In this document: piece by piece, positions 1-11,410 of the stretch | Layout of the letters: each line of letters starts with the position of its first letter | Numbering within the stretch: the stretch's first letter is position 1 | Assembly: GCA_038087875.1 (NCBI GenBank) | Contig: CM075989.1 | Coordinates: 22,446,001 to 22,510,000, forward strand | Direction of reading: 5' to 3' | Length of the DNA: 64,000 nt | Origin: Malacoraja senta | Lineage: Eukaryota | Notes under the pieces: model-generated | Databases searched by the model: none | Seen by the model: only the letters and a program-made list of their open reading frames with translations | What the model was told of the DNA's origin: nothing | Made by a program: the position numbers and the translations under genes

Positions 1-864
1 GTCAATCTTGGCCAATTCACGTCTCATACCCTCAAAGTTACCTTTCTTTAAGTTCAGAACCGTTGTTTCTGAATTAACAATGTCACTCTCCATCCTAATG
101 AAGAACTCAACCATATTATGGTCACTCTTGCCCAAGGGGGCACGCACAACAAGACTGTTAACTAACCCTTCCTCATTACTCAATACCCAGTCTAGAATAG
201 CCTGCTCTCTCGTTGGTTCCTCTACATGTTGGTTTAGATAACTATCCCGCATACATTCCAAGAAATCCTCTTCCTCAGCACCCCTGCCAATTTGATTCAG
301 CCAATCTATATGTAGATTGAAGTCACCCATTATAACTGTTTTGCCTTTGTTGCACGCATTTCTAATTTCCTGTTTGATGCCATCCCCAACTTCACTACTA
401 CTGCTAGGTGGCCTGTACACAACACCCACCAGCGTTTTCTGCCCCTTAGTGTTTCGCAGCTCTACCCATACCGATTCCACATCCTCCAAGCTAATGTCCT
501 TCCTTTCCACTGCGTTAATCTCCTCTCTAACCAGCAACGCTACCCCACCTCCTTTTCCTTTCTCTATATCCCTCCTGAATATTGAATATCCCTGGATGTT
601 CAGCTCCCAGCCTTGGTCACCCTGGAGCCATGTCTCCGTGATCCCAACTATATCATAATCATTAATAGCTATCTGCACGTTCAACTCATCCACCTTATTA
701 CGAATGCTCCTTGCATTGAGACACAAAGCCTTCAGGCTTGTTTTTACAACGCTCTTACCCCTTATACAATTATGTTGAAAAGTGGCCCTTTTTGATTTTT
801 GCCCTGGATTTGTCTGCCTGCCACTTTTACTTTTCACCTTGCTACCTATTGCTTCTGCCCGCAT
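1..864 (-). CDS. CR1 LINE ORF2 N-terminus (APE endonuclease), open frame running off the window edge
   Basis: Manual translation from ATG at 864: MRAEA...LCLNARSIRNKVDEL...GITETWL...GGGVALLV...GVVYRPP...IMGDFN...ILDWVL...LGKSDHNMV...ELAKID; 288 codons with no stop. Missing from the ORF track because there is no stop in the window. Confidence 0.92.
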   Translation of the reverse strand, partial: MRAEAIGSKVKSKSGRQTNPGQKSKRATFQHNCIRGKSVVKTSLKALCLNARSIRNKVDELNVQIAINDYDIVGITETWLQGDQGWELNIQGYSIFRRDIEKGKGGGVALLVREEINAVERKDISLEDVESVWVELRNTKGQKTLVGVVYRPPSSSSEVGDGIKQEIRNACNKGKTVIMGDFNLHIDWLNQIGRGAEEEDFLECMRDSYLNQHVEEPTREQAILDWVLSNEEGLVNSLVVRAPLGKSDHNMVEFFIRMESDIVNSETTVLNLKKGNFEGMRRELAKID

Positions 865-1062
865 TTTACACCCCTCTGTTTCTCTGCTCACCCATTTAAG
901 AACCCCACCACCTCTTATTCTCTCTTTATTGTTTTCTTCTTCCCCCCCCTACATGTTGGGTCTGAGTGCTTTCCTTCTCTGCCTCCTGCCTCACACACTG
1001 TCTAATAGCATTCTCTATTTGAGTCCCTCCCCCCAACCATTCTAGTTTAAAGTCTCCCCAAG
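1..1062 (-). mobile_element. CR1-clade LINE, 5'-truncated at the end of ORF1
   Basis: ORF1 terminus-like GAGACTTTAAACTAG (ETLN*) near 1043-1057, spacer, then the APE-coding ORF2. Confidence 0.85.
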
Positions 1063-1064
1063 AC

Positions 1065-2301
1065 TCTTTTAAGTCTTGACTTAAAAGAGTCGATGGAGGG
1101 GGCAGTTCTGATGGGAAGGGGGATGCTGTTCCACAGTCTAGGGGCTGCAACCGCAAAGGCGCGGTCGCCCCTGAGCTTATGCCTAGACCGTGGGATATTC
1201 AGCAACCCCAAGTCGGCCGATCTGAGGGGCCTGGAGGTGGAGTGGTGGGTGAGAAGACTTTTTATGTAGGTGGGGGCAAGCCCATTGAGGGCTTTGTAGA
1301 CATGGAGGAGGATCTTGAAGTTTATACGGAACCGCACAGGAAGCCAGTGGAGAGAGGCCAGGATCGGGGTGATGTGGTCCCTTTTTCGGGTGCCCGTCAG
1401 GAGTCTCGCTGCGGCGTTTTGGACCAGTTGCAGGCGGGACAGGGAAGATTGGATGATGCCAGTGTAAAGGGAGTTGCAGTAATCTAGGCGGGAGGAGATG
1501 AATGTGTGGATGATATTTTCCAGGTCATCAAACTGGAGGAATTGTTTTATTTTAGCTATCGTCCGAAGCTGAAAGAAGCTAGCTTTTTACCACGGCATTG
1601 ACTTGTTTGTCAAATTTCAGTGCTGAGTCAAATATCACGCCAATGTTTTTGACGTGAGGTTTGAGTAGTGGGGTAAGGCTTCCAAGGCTGCCTGCTATCA
1701 CTTTGATTGAGTCCGAGGGGCCGAGAAGGATGACCTCAGTCTTACTCTTGTTTAGTTGGATGAAGTTCTGGGCCATCCAACACTTTATATCCTCGAGGCA
1801 GTGGGTAAAGTTAAACAGATTTGATTGGTCTTTGGGCTTCAGGGGGAGATAGAGTTGTGTATCGTCTGCGTAGCAATGCAAGGAAATGCCGTGCCTTTCA
1901 ATGACTTGGCCTAAGGGGAGCATATACAGGGAGAAGAGAATGGGGCCAAGGATGGAACCTTGTGGAACCCCACAGCAGAGATTAGCTGGGGAGGAGAAAG
2001 AGTTCCCTATGTTAGTCGAGAAACTCCTACCTTTGAGGTAGGAGATGAACCAGCTCAGGGCAGTGCCATCAATACCAAACCCGTACCGGAGACGGTCAAT
2101 TAGGATGGCGTGGTCGACAGTATCAAATGCTGCGCTGAGGTCGAGAAGGAGCAGAATTGCACAGTCGCCGGAGTCAACGGTGAGCAGTAGGTCATTGTGT
2201 ACCTTCAACAAGGCAGACTCTGTGCTGTGGTGAGCCCTGAAACCTGATTGGAAAGTTTCCAAGATCGTGTTTTGGTGAAGGTAAGGTATAAGTTGACTTA
2301 A
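1065..2301 (-). mobile_element. L2-clade LINE fragment (RT and C-terminus), one frameshift
   Basis: FQSGFRAHHSTESAL, LLDLSAAFDTVDH, GVPQGSILGP, YADDTQLY; extra A at about 1584-1588; continues SRLDYCNSL, LHWLPVRFRINFK, GDRAFAVAAPRLWNSIP. Confidence 0.93.
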
Positions 2302-2859
2302 ACCGTGACCTGCGTGGGTTTTCTCCGAGATCTTTGATTTAGGCATCAGACTTTGGTATGCCAAACATGGGAGGCTATTTATCTAATTATGTGCTTCCTC
2401 TCACTTCCCAGATGGGATAGAATCATTAGGCAGTGAATAAGTGACTGTGTTTCTGATCATTGAAACAATGGTTCAGCTGCTACGACCGCAGTGGTCAAGT
2501 AAAAGTCTCTTAAGTGCCAAAACTCTTCATGACTAAATGCTGGAAACAGGACTATGTTTAACTGTGAGACAGTTATGCAGTTAGAAAGAGTAATATTGCT
2601 TCAATTTGCACAGTTTTAGTCATTATTATAATATTCCACAGAGACTTTGCAGCCAAATCCATTCAGGCAGAGATGAACTGTGAACTTTATTTGACTGTTA
2701 ACTTAAGCAAAATAAAACCTCAACCAGCACATTAGTAAATCTATAATTTCTGCATATAATTTTTCAATTTTACATTTTAACAATTATTTGTATTTATACA
2801 TTATTTCGCAATTTAAACAAATACCGATTCTTTTTCCTTTCACACATCTTTCAATTTTT

Positions 2860-3695
2860 AGTTTTTCCCTGGACCATCAGAGGTTGCGGAGGCATCATAG
2901 ACGTATGTGAAATTGTGAAAGGCACAGACAGAGGAGGCAGTCAGAGAATTCCCACGTCCCTTATCATGTTTCTGTACACTGTAAATGACTCGATTGTAAT
3001 CGTGTGTAGTTCAGTTTTAGTTTAGAGATACAGCGCAAAAACAGGTCCTTAGGCCCCCCCCCCCCCCCCCCCCCCCCGAGTCCACACCGACCAGCGATCC
3101 CCGCACATTAACACTATCCTACACACACACACTAGGGTCAATTTACACTTATACCAAGTCAATTTACCAACATACCTGTAAATCTTTGGAGTGTGGGAGA
3201 TAACCGAAGATCTAGGAGAAACCCCACTCGGTCACAGACGGCACCCGTGGCCAGGATCGAACCCCGGGTCTCCGGTGCTGTGAGGCAGCATCTCTACCGC
3301 TGCGCCCACCATGCCGCCCTCAGTCTTTCTACTGATTGGATCGAACGCAACAAAAGCTTTTCGGTACACGCGATAATAACGTAAACTGAAACTGAGGTGG
3401 AAATGTCAAAGACGAGAGGGCACCGGTTTGAGGTGAGAGGGGCGAAGCTTAAAGGAGATGTGCAGGGCAGGTTTTATTTACACAGGGGGAAGCGGGTGCT
3501 TGGAGCGTGCTGTTAGAGGTGGTGGTGGAGCCAGATAGGATAGAGGCATTCAAGAGTCTTTTAGATAGGCACATGGATGTGCAGGGAATGGAGGAATATG
3601 AATCATGTGCAGGCAATTGGGATTAGTTTAACTCAGCATGGGCATTGTTGGTTAAAGGGCCTGTTCCTCCGATGTACTGTGTTCTGTGTTCTATG
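2860..3695 (+). mobile_element. CR1 3' fragment split by a Rex-type 3' tail (about 2955-3395), which itself carries a SINE
   Basis: CR1 end motifs (agagggcac..ggtgagagggg, gggcctgttcct) resume across the insert. Confidence 0.75.
3009..3319 (-). mobile_element. HE1-like tRNA-derived V-SINE
   Basis: B-box GGTTCGATCC on the minus strand, central V-domain, CR1-like tail ending (AAACT)n; poly-C expansion 3054-3077. Confidence 0.85.
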
Positions 3696-3933
3696 ACATT
3701 TCCCACGACTCCCTACTGAAAGAAGCTGGTGTGAAAGTAGAACGCAGCATCATTGGGAGGGGGTTAGCATTGATTATGTTATTGTAGAGATACAGCGTGG
3801 AAACAGGCCCTTTGGCCCAACGTGACCCTCCGCAGCTAAGTCATCCAGAAACCACAACTTTATCAGGTTTAGTTCGAAGGTAGAGGATGTTATCTCTCCA
3901 ACTGAATCCGCCCCAACTTTTACTTCACCATGC

Positions 3934-4120
3934 GGGCGGTGGAGTTGCTGCCTTTACAGCGCCGGAGACCCGGGTTCATATCCTGACTACGGTCGCTGTC
4001 CATACGGAGTTTGCATCTGCTCCCTGTGACCACGTGGGTTTTCCCCCAGGTGCTCCGGTTTCCTCCCACATTCCAATTCCCACATTGCAGGTTTGTAGGT
4101 TAATTGTCTTCTGTAAGTTG
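3934..4120 (+). mobile_element. HE1-like SINE, partial
   Basis: gagttgctgcc..gagacccgggttc..ggtttcctcccaca. Confidence 0.8.
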
Positions 4121-4264
4121 TCCATGGACTACCCTCGCAGCTATAATAATCGATGTGTATGTTGCATCTCCTAATTATATTCCTACTGCAAATGAAAGCA
4201 CAACAAAGTCTGGTCTCTGTATTTTGTTTTTTAGTGTTATTTTGTTGTCACACATGTTCAACTT

Positions 4265-4597
4265 GGGCAGCACGGTGGGCGCAGCGGGTTAAAGTTGCTG
4301 CCTTACAGCGCTTACAGAGCCAGAGACCAGGTTCGATCCCAACCACGGGGCGCTGTCTGTACGGGGTTTGTACGTTCTCCCCCGTGACCTGCGTGGGTTT
4401 TCTCCGAGTTCTTCGGTTTCCTCCCACACTCCAAAAGATGTACAGGTTTGTAGGTAAATTGGCTTGGGCTTGTATGCTTGCTATAAGTGTAAATTGTCCC
4501 GGTGTGTGTGTAGAATAGTGTTGATTGTGCGGGGATCGCTGGTCGACGCGTTCTGAAGGGCCTATTTCCGCCCTGCATCTCTAAACTAAACTAAACT
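4265..4597 (+). mobile_element. HE1-like SINE, full length
   Basis: A/B boxes, V-domain, tail ctaaactaaactaaac. Confidence 0.88.
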
Positions 4598-4610
4598 GTG
4601 CTCCATGTAG

Positions 4611-4878
4611 ATAGACACAAAATGCTGGAGTAACTCAGCGGGACAGGCAGCATCTCTGGATAGAAGGAACGGATGACGTTTCAGGTATAGACACTTCTTC
4701 AGACTGAAGTTGACATAATTTCAAGACTGAAATTTCAGACTGAAGAAGGGTCTCGACCCAAAACATCACCCATTCCTTCTATCCAGAGATGCTGCCTGTC
4801 CCACTGAGTTACCCCTGCATTTTGTATCTATCTTCAGTTTAAACCAGCATCTGCAGTTCCTTCCAACACATTTCGTGG
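4611..4878. mobile_element. Penelope-derived fold-back insertion with degenerate hammerhead motifs on both strands
   Basis: Inverted arms of about 95 bp; TSD GCTCCATGTAG at 4600-4610 and 4879-4889. Confidence 0.8.
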
Positions 4879-5324
4879 GCTCCATGTAGCTTGTACACAA
4901 TGCAGAAGATAGACTCCCAGCCAGTTTGTACATTTACCTCACACGATGAATGGCAAGATGCCGATATCTTTAGTTTCAGGTGTTTAACATAATAGGCAGC
5001 GAATACTGCAGAGTGTGAAGGCTTCAGCAAGCTGTGGTTTGGAATGGATAAGATGCATCTTCATCAACGTGATTTCCCACTTGTCAGTTTCTCTATTAGG
5101 GCAGCGTTCAACAGCAAGAAAGAGAAATTAGGACATGCTCTGAAAGGCTCCAACTTACATAAATAAAAAATAAAAATTGCTGGAACTGCTCAGTAGGTCA
5201 GTTGGAATTTGCGGACTAACAAACAACATTGGTGTTGCAGCTAAAAGACTGGTCAAAGCATTGAGAAGAGGGAAAGTAAAGATAGACAGAGAGTGTTGGA
5301 GTAACTCAGTGGGTCAGGCAGCAT

Positions 5325-5410
5325 AGAGTCATGGAATTACATAGTGTGGAAACATGCCCCTTCTGCCCAACTTGCCCACACTATATCCCATCTGCACTTG
5401 TTTAGTTTAG

Positions 5411-5442
<32 letters not shown>

Positions 5443-7170
5443 TCATGTGTACTGAGGTACAGTGAAAATATTTTTTATGAATGAATGAATAAGTTTATTG
5501 GCCAAGTATTGACATACAAGGAATTTGCCTTGATGCTCCGCCCACAAGTGACAACATGACATACAGTGACAGTTACGAATGATACATAAAACATTAAACA
5601 TTAATAATAAAACATTATTGATTAAACATGTGAATTAAATAAAATACCAGAGCAAAAGGAGGCTGCAGATTTTTGGTTATTGAGTAGAGCTACTACTCGT
5701 GGAAAAAAAGCTGTTTTTATGTCTGGCTGTGGCAGCTTTGACAGTCCGGAGTTGCCTTCCAGAGGGAAGTGATTCAAAGAGTTTGTGGCCAGGTTGAGAG
5801 GGGTCAGAGATGATCTTGCCCGCTCGCTCGCCTCCTGGCCCTTGCAGTGTACAGTTCGTCAATGGAGGGAAGGTTGCAGCCAATAACCTTCTCAGCTGAT
5901 CGGACGATTCGCTGCAGCCTCCGGGTGTCGTGCTTGGTGGCTGAGCCAAACCAGACCATGATGGAGAAGGTGAGGACAGACTCTACGATGGCCGTGTAGA
6001 ATTGGACCATCATTGCCTGTGGCAGATTGTGCTTCCTCAGCTGCCGCAGGAAGTACATCCTCTGTTGTGCCTGTTTGACTGTGGAGTCGATGGTAGCCCC
6101 CCATTTAAGGTCCTTGGAGATGATGGTTCCTAGGAACTTAAAAGATTCCACGGATGTAACCGTGCTGTCGATGGTGAGTGGGGTGAGGGGAGGGGGAGCT
6201 CCAGGACTCCAGCTGTGACACTTCCTGTCTGTAGGCAGGATGTCCTCCCCCATCCTGGATCAGTCCCAATCAGGGTTGTGTCGTCCGCAAACTGAGAAGC
6301 TTGACAGAGGAGTCAGTGGAGGGTGCAGTCATTGGTGTAGAGAGAGGTAGAGGAGAAGGGGAGAGTACGCAGCCTTGCGGTGCTCCTATGCTGAGGGTTT
6401 GCGGGTCCGAGATGTGCTTTCCCAGCCCTCACATGCTGCTTCCTGTCTGTCAGGAAGCTGGTGATTCACCGACAGAGGGGTTCAGGCACAGTCAACTCGG
6501 GGAGTTTGGAGTGTAGTAGCTCTGGCACAATGGTGTTGAATGCAGAGCTAAAATCAACAAACAAAATCCCTCGCATAGGTCCCCTGGCGGTCTAGGTGCT
6601 GGAGGATGAAGTGCAGGCCCAGGTTGACTGCGTCATCCACAGATCTATTGGCCCGATATGCAAACTGCAGAGGGTCCAGCAGGGGGTTCGTGATATTTTT
6701 CAGCTTGGCCAGCACAAGCCTTTCAAGGGTCTTCATGATTACAGAGGTCAGTGCGACAGGCCTGTAGTCAATTAAGACCAGTAATCCTTGCCTTTTTGCG
6801 TACAGGGACAATAGTGGAGACTTTGAAGCAGGCAGGGACAGTACAGGTTTGCAGGGACTGGTTAAAAATGTCTGTGTAGACCGGTGCAAGTTGTTCGGCA
6901 CAGAGCTTGAGAGTAGAAGGGGAAACATTGTCCGGTCCTGGAGATGTTGCATGCAAACCAGTCAACAGAAAGACAATACATGATTACAATCATAGATTAC
7001 ACTGGTTCCATTTGCCTGCATTTGACCCTTATCCCTCTGAACCCGTCCAATCCATGTACCTGTCTAATTACTTAAACTTTGCGAAAGTGCCAGCCTCAAC
7101 TACATACTTCAGCAGCTCGTTCCATACATCCACCACCCTTTGAATGAAAACGATACACCTCAGATTCCTA
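5325..7170 (-). mobile_element. CR1 3' fragment (5325-5398 and about 6997-7170) interrupted by Rex-type inserts
   Basis: CR1 3' motifs ggaaacaNgccc..cccaac and tttgcctgcatttgaccc..tccatgtacctgtc flank the inserts. Confidence 0.7.
5478..6945 (-). mobile_element. Rex1/Babar LINE, 5'-truncated, frameshifted, internally deleted, (TTCA)n tail
   Basis: YRPVALTSVIMKTLERLV, DPLQFAYRANRSVDDAV, FKFLGTIISKDLKW, QQRMYFLRQL, LPSGRQLRT. Confidence 0.9.
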
Positions 7171-7570
7171 TCTCTGGAGAAAATGGATAGATGACGTTTC
7201 GGGTTGGGACCCTTCTCCAGGCTGATTATAGGGGGGACAAACTGGAAGCAAGAAGGGTCCAGGGCAAATCAGCGTGAATAACAGATGATACAGTATCAAG
7301 CAGGGAGGTTCCCTGATAGGCCAATTGTTGGTTAGGGATGGTGTGACCCCAAGAGGGAAGCATCGTTGCAAACTGTGGAACTGGTTAACTGACTTTTATT
7401 AGAAGGATGAGGGGGGGGGAGGAGGGGAGTGTTTGTATGTTACCTAAAATTAGAGAATTCAACATTCATACCACTGAGTTGTGAGCTGCCCGTGGAATAT
7501 GAGGTGATGTTCCTCCAATTTGCGTGTGGCATCACTCTGGCAATGGAGGAGGCCCAGGACAGAAAGGTCG
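7170..7570 (-). mobile_element. Penelope-like element 3' end: GIY-YIG C-terminus, 3' UTR, hammerhead motif (7193-7220)
   Basis: DLSVLGLLHCQSDATRKLEEHHLIF..GMNVEFSNFR*; motif CTGGAGAAGGGTCCCAACCCGAAACGTC; pLTR continues at 5280-5325. Confidence 0.85.
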
Positions 7571-9461
7571 GCTGCAGGAGGCGCTCCCATGACACAGACA
7601 TGGTCGCGCGAGGGGTCCTTAGATGGGATGTCTGTGTCAGCATGAAGGGGTTGGAACATTGTGCCTGTTACCACCATGCCTTTATGAGTAAGCTTTGCGA
7701 TCAAATATAACATCAGGCTTATGAAGTGGCGCAACGGCGGAGATGCTGCCTTACTGAGCCACAGTCCCGGGTTCGATCCTGACATTAGTTAGAAGGTGGT
7801 TCCTCTCCTCTCCTCACCTGGGGAGAGCACACACAGTCACGGGGAGAATGTACAAACTCTGCACAGACAGCAGCCGTGGTCAGGATCGAACCCAGATCTC
7901 TGGCGCTGTGAGGCAACATCTCTTGCGCTGCGCCAATGTGCCGCCCCCCCATTATTTCCCCCTAAATACCACGTGGTTTCTCAACGGGACTCATAGCATA
8001 GAATAGACAACCAGAGGCGCCAAATCAATACCATCCTCCATTAGTTTGCATTTAGAAGTGATCAATACTTGCAGTTTTAATAAGAGGAGTAATGAAAGCA
8101 AAGGGTACATTAAAGGGAAAAAAAACTGAGAGGAAGGGTTGATTTGCAAATGAAAATGCTACTAGGATTTTGCTGGAGTTGTTATTATGAAGAAATTAGG
8201 ACATTTGAAGATGTACGTCAATTCTGAATGGCTTTAAGGCGGTCTGAGTCATTGTTATGGATATCTACTGTAAATTGCATATACTTGGCCACTTCTCGCT
8301 GTGATAATCCCCCGCTGGGAGGTCAGAACTATAAATTAGGTGGCAGGTACTTTCCAAATAGCGGGATTAAGTAGGCGCGCAGTCGACCTCCCCTTTGCGA
8401 GTTTAGCTTCCTCTCAGCTTGAAAAGGGAGTCGAACAGCAAGATACCGCTAGGTGCAATGTGTGCAAATCGGCCACCAAAGTGATAAAAATAAAATCTGT
8501 ATCAGGAGCCCACTGAGAAAATGACAGCCTCTCTCATCTGCAGCATGATAACCCTGTTTTTCATAAATATCTTAGTCCATCTAAATTGTGCTCTTGGATG
8601 GCATTAACCTTTGTATGATGGGATTTTACATCAAGAAATATTTTCCATAGCTCTGCAGTAAAAGATTCATCCTATTGCTGTGGTTTCTCAGCGTCAAGAA
8701 TAAGAATATACCTCCCTCATTATATGTATCCAAGATTCATTTTCTTTTAAGCCGCGATGTTAGCTCCAAGTGTAGTCTTGTGTCTGTTTTGCTCCTGTTT
8801 GCACTTGGCTTAAATTCAATCATTTTTAAACCTAAATTCCACAAAATGGTTATTTGTCTGTATTCCTTAGTTTGTTTAACATTTCCATTAGCATAAGTAC
8901 CTACTAACCTCCATTTACCCATTACTAATATTGAAGATATGGCTCAACATTTTATTCCATAAATGCTTAATACAGCAATTTTTCAGAGAGTATTTGTCAT
9001 CCGTCAGCTGAATCCAGATTGCCAAGTGGTCTTGAAGGAGAGTTGGGTCATTCCAAGGAAGGCAGCAGAGGGAAACAACAATTGAAAAACAAAATTAAAA
9101 ACTGCAGATGTTGGAAATCTGAAATAAAAGCAGAAAAAGATGGAGTTAATGGTCAACATTGAATCAGGCCACATCTTGTGGGTGGAAAAGCAAATGTGAC
9201 CTTTCAGGTCGATGATGGAACTCAGACTGTCTTTCAAGATATTCTTCATTGAATGAGGTGAAAGTAGGATCTTGAGCCAATGGTAGAGTCAAGGAACTGT
9301 AGGTGCTGGTTTACAAAAAAAGAGAGACAAAGTGCTGGAGTGACTCAGCCAGTGAGGCAGCATCTCTGGAGAACATGGATAGGCGATGATTTGGGTTGGA
9401 CACCTTCTTCAGACCCTCATCAGGATGCATCAGGGTCTCAAGAAGGGTCCCAAACTGAATT

Positions 9462-9838
9462 ATAATCGGTAACCACGCTGGTGGGTTGTGCAGTCTCAAT
9501 TCTGGTGAGTTCTGACGGCTCACAAGCCCAATTCGTGACCCGCACACACGAGGGCAGTGGGGGCAGATGAAGGTCATCGCTGGCGGCTTCTGGGCGGCAA
9601 CCTTCCTCCTCTCCCTGGCTTTGGTAAGTCGCTCTATGCGGCGCTCCTCGAAGCGGCTGGCTGATGTTCGCACTGCTGCGCGCCAGCGTGTTCTGTCACT
9701 GGTGCAGGCTTCCAGTTGCTTGGCCGCAAGACCACAATAGTGGAGGTGGTCCTTGACGCAATCTTTGTACCGCTTCCTGGGATGCCCACGGTTCCTTTGT
9801 CCCTGTGAGAGCACGTCGTAGAAGGCCTGTCGAGGTCT
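9462..9838 (-). mobile_element. RTE (BovB-like) LINE 3' fragment with C-terminal zinc finger
   Basis: GQRNRGHPRKRYKDCVKD..DRTRWRAAV..FICPHCPRVCGSRIGLVS. Confidence 0.85.
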
Positions 9839-10137
9839 TATGATAATGTTTATGACAGAATTCTAGGTATGCTTGTCGTAATCAAGCTTTAAATTCATTT
9901 AGACAGGCACATGGAGAAGCAGGGAGTGGAGGGACATAGATTATGTGCAGGCTGATGGAACATATATTATGGAATCATAGTTAGCATCGATACAATGGGC
10001 CAAAGGGCCTGTTCTGGTGCTAAACCGTGCTATGTTCTAATCAACAATACCACAAAATTGTTGCTTGCTGCAGTTAGGACTTTAAGATACAAGTTCCTTG
10101 TCCCACAAAATAAAACCATGAGGGTAATACATAGTGT

Positions 10138-10232
10138 TTAAGAAAGAACTGCAGATGCTGGAAACGTCACCTATTCCTTCGCTCCATAGATGCTGCCTCA
10201 CCCGCTGAGTTTCTCCAGCATTTTTGTCTACC
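10138..10232. mobile_element. Mini Penelope inverted fragment
   Basis: gaactgcagatgctgg fused to gaaacgtcacctattcc..tttttgtctacc; flanks repeat gggtaataca. Confidence 0.7.
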
Positions 10233-10374
10233 ATGGGTAATACACAGGGTGATTGCACAAAATCTTTTAGCTATTGCAAGGGTGTCAAGAACTAGGGACA
10301 CATAAGTTTAAGGTGAGAGGGGAAAGATTCAATAAGAATCTGAGGAGCAACTTTTTCACTCAGAGTATGATGTT

Positions 10375-10620
10375 GTGTTTAGTTTATTGTCACGTTTAAC
10401 CGAGGTACGGTGAAAAGCTTGTGTTGCGTGCTAACCAGTCAGCGGAAAGACAATGCATGATTACAATCGAGCCGTCCACAGTGTACAGACACATGATAAA
10501 GGAAATAACGTGAATAAGGTTTAGTGCAAGGGAACGTCTGATCAAAGATAGTCCGAGGGTCTCCAATGATGACAACCGCAGCTCAGGACTGCTCTCTAGT
10601 TGTTGACAGTGAGCAATCCT
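10375..10620 (-). mobile_element. Rex-type LINE 3' UTR
   Basis: tttattgtcacg..ccgaggtacggtgaaaagct..gcggaaagac; the same tail recurs about 8 times in the window. Confidence 0.7.
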
Positions 10621-10944
10621 GAGCTACTATCTACCTCACTGGATAGGTATCTGGTTCAAGATGCCGGAGGTGGTAGTGGAGACAGGAACTATCACAGCAT
10701 TTACAAGATATACAAGAATCAAGAGAGTTTCTTGTCATGTGTCCCAGATAGGACAATGAAATTCTTGCTTTGCTTCAACACAACAGAATATAGACGGCAT
10801 GAATACAGAACAGATCAGTGTGTCCATATACCATTGTATAAATATATTTGACGAGATACAAAGGTTAAGAGGGATATGGGCCAAACGCGGGCAAATGGGA
10901 CTAGGTTAGATGGGCCTCTTAGACTGGATGGACAAGACAGGCCC

Positions 10945-11410
10945 AGCTGTTATCAGGCAACCGAACCATCCTATCAAGAGAGCGGTCCTGAGCTACTATC
11001 TACCTCACTGGAGACCCTTCACCTATCTGTAATCAGACTTTAATGGACTTTATCTTGCACTAAACATTATCCCCTTGATCAAGTATCTGTAACCTGTGGA
11101 CGGCTCGATTGTCATCATATTTAAGGGCCTGTCCCACTTTCACGACCTGATTCACGACCTCTGCCGAGTTTGCCCTTGACTCATACTCGCAGCATGGTCG
11201 TCACGAGGTCGTAGGTAGGTCGTGATGCTAGTCGTAGGTACTCGTGGCATCAAGTACCTAGCCTGATGAAAAATGTCCACGAGTAAAAAAGGTCGTGAAT
11301 TAGGTCGTGAAAGTGGGACTGGCCCTTTAGTCTTTCCACTGACTGGATAGCATGCGAACAAAAGCTTTTCACTGTACCTCGGCACATGTGACTATAAGCT
11401 GAACTAAACG
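10945..11410 (+). mobile_element. Rex-type LINE 3' UTR containing a MITE
   Basis: cccagctgttatcaggcaa..aaaagcttttcactgtacctcgg..gtgac. Confidence 0.7.
11124..11326. mobile_element. PIF/Harbinger-type MITE (family C)
   Basis: TIR AGGGCCTGTCCCACTTTCACGACCT / AGGTCGTGAAAGTGGGACTGGCCCT; TSD TTA on both sides. Confidence 0.88.

Noticed and set aside
8..1045. Plus-strand ORFs 8-241, 317-658 and 782-1045
   Set aside because: Antisense shadows of the CR1 ORF2.
1579..2364. RT ORFs as a retron, DGR or domesticated RT gene
   Set aside because: Standard truncated L2/Rex RT sequences with frameshifts; the annotated start lies in an unrelated SINE fragment.
3054..3077. Long poly-C/poly-G runs (also 21088-21107, 15523-15537)
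   Set aside because: Homopolymer expansions inside TEs; lengths may be sequencing-dependent.
5399..5438. (TTTAG)n as telomeric repeat
   Set aside because: Not TTAGGG; it is the tail of a Rex-type retroposon.
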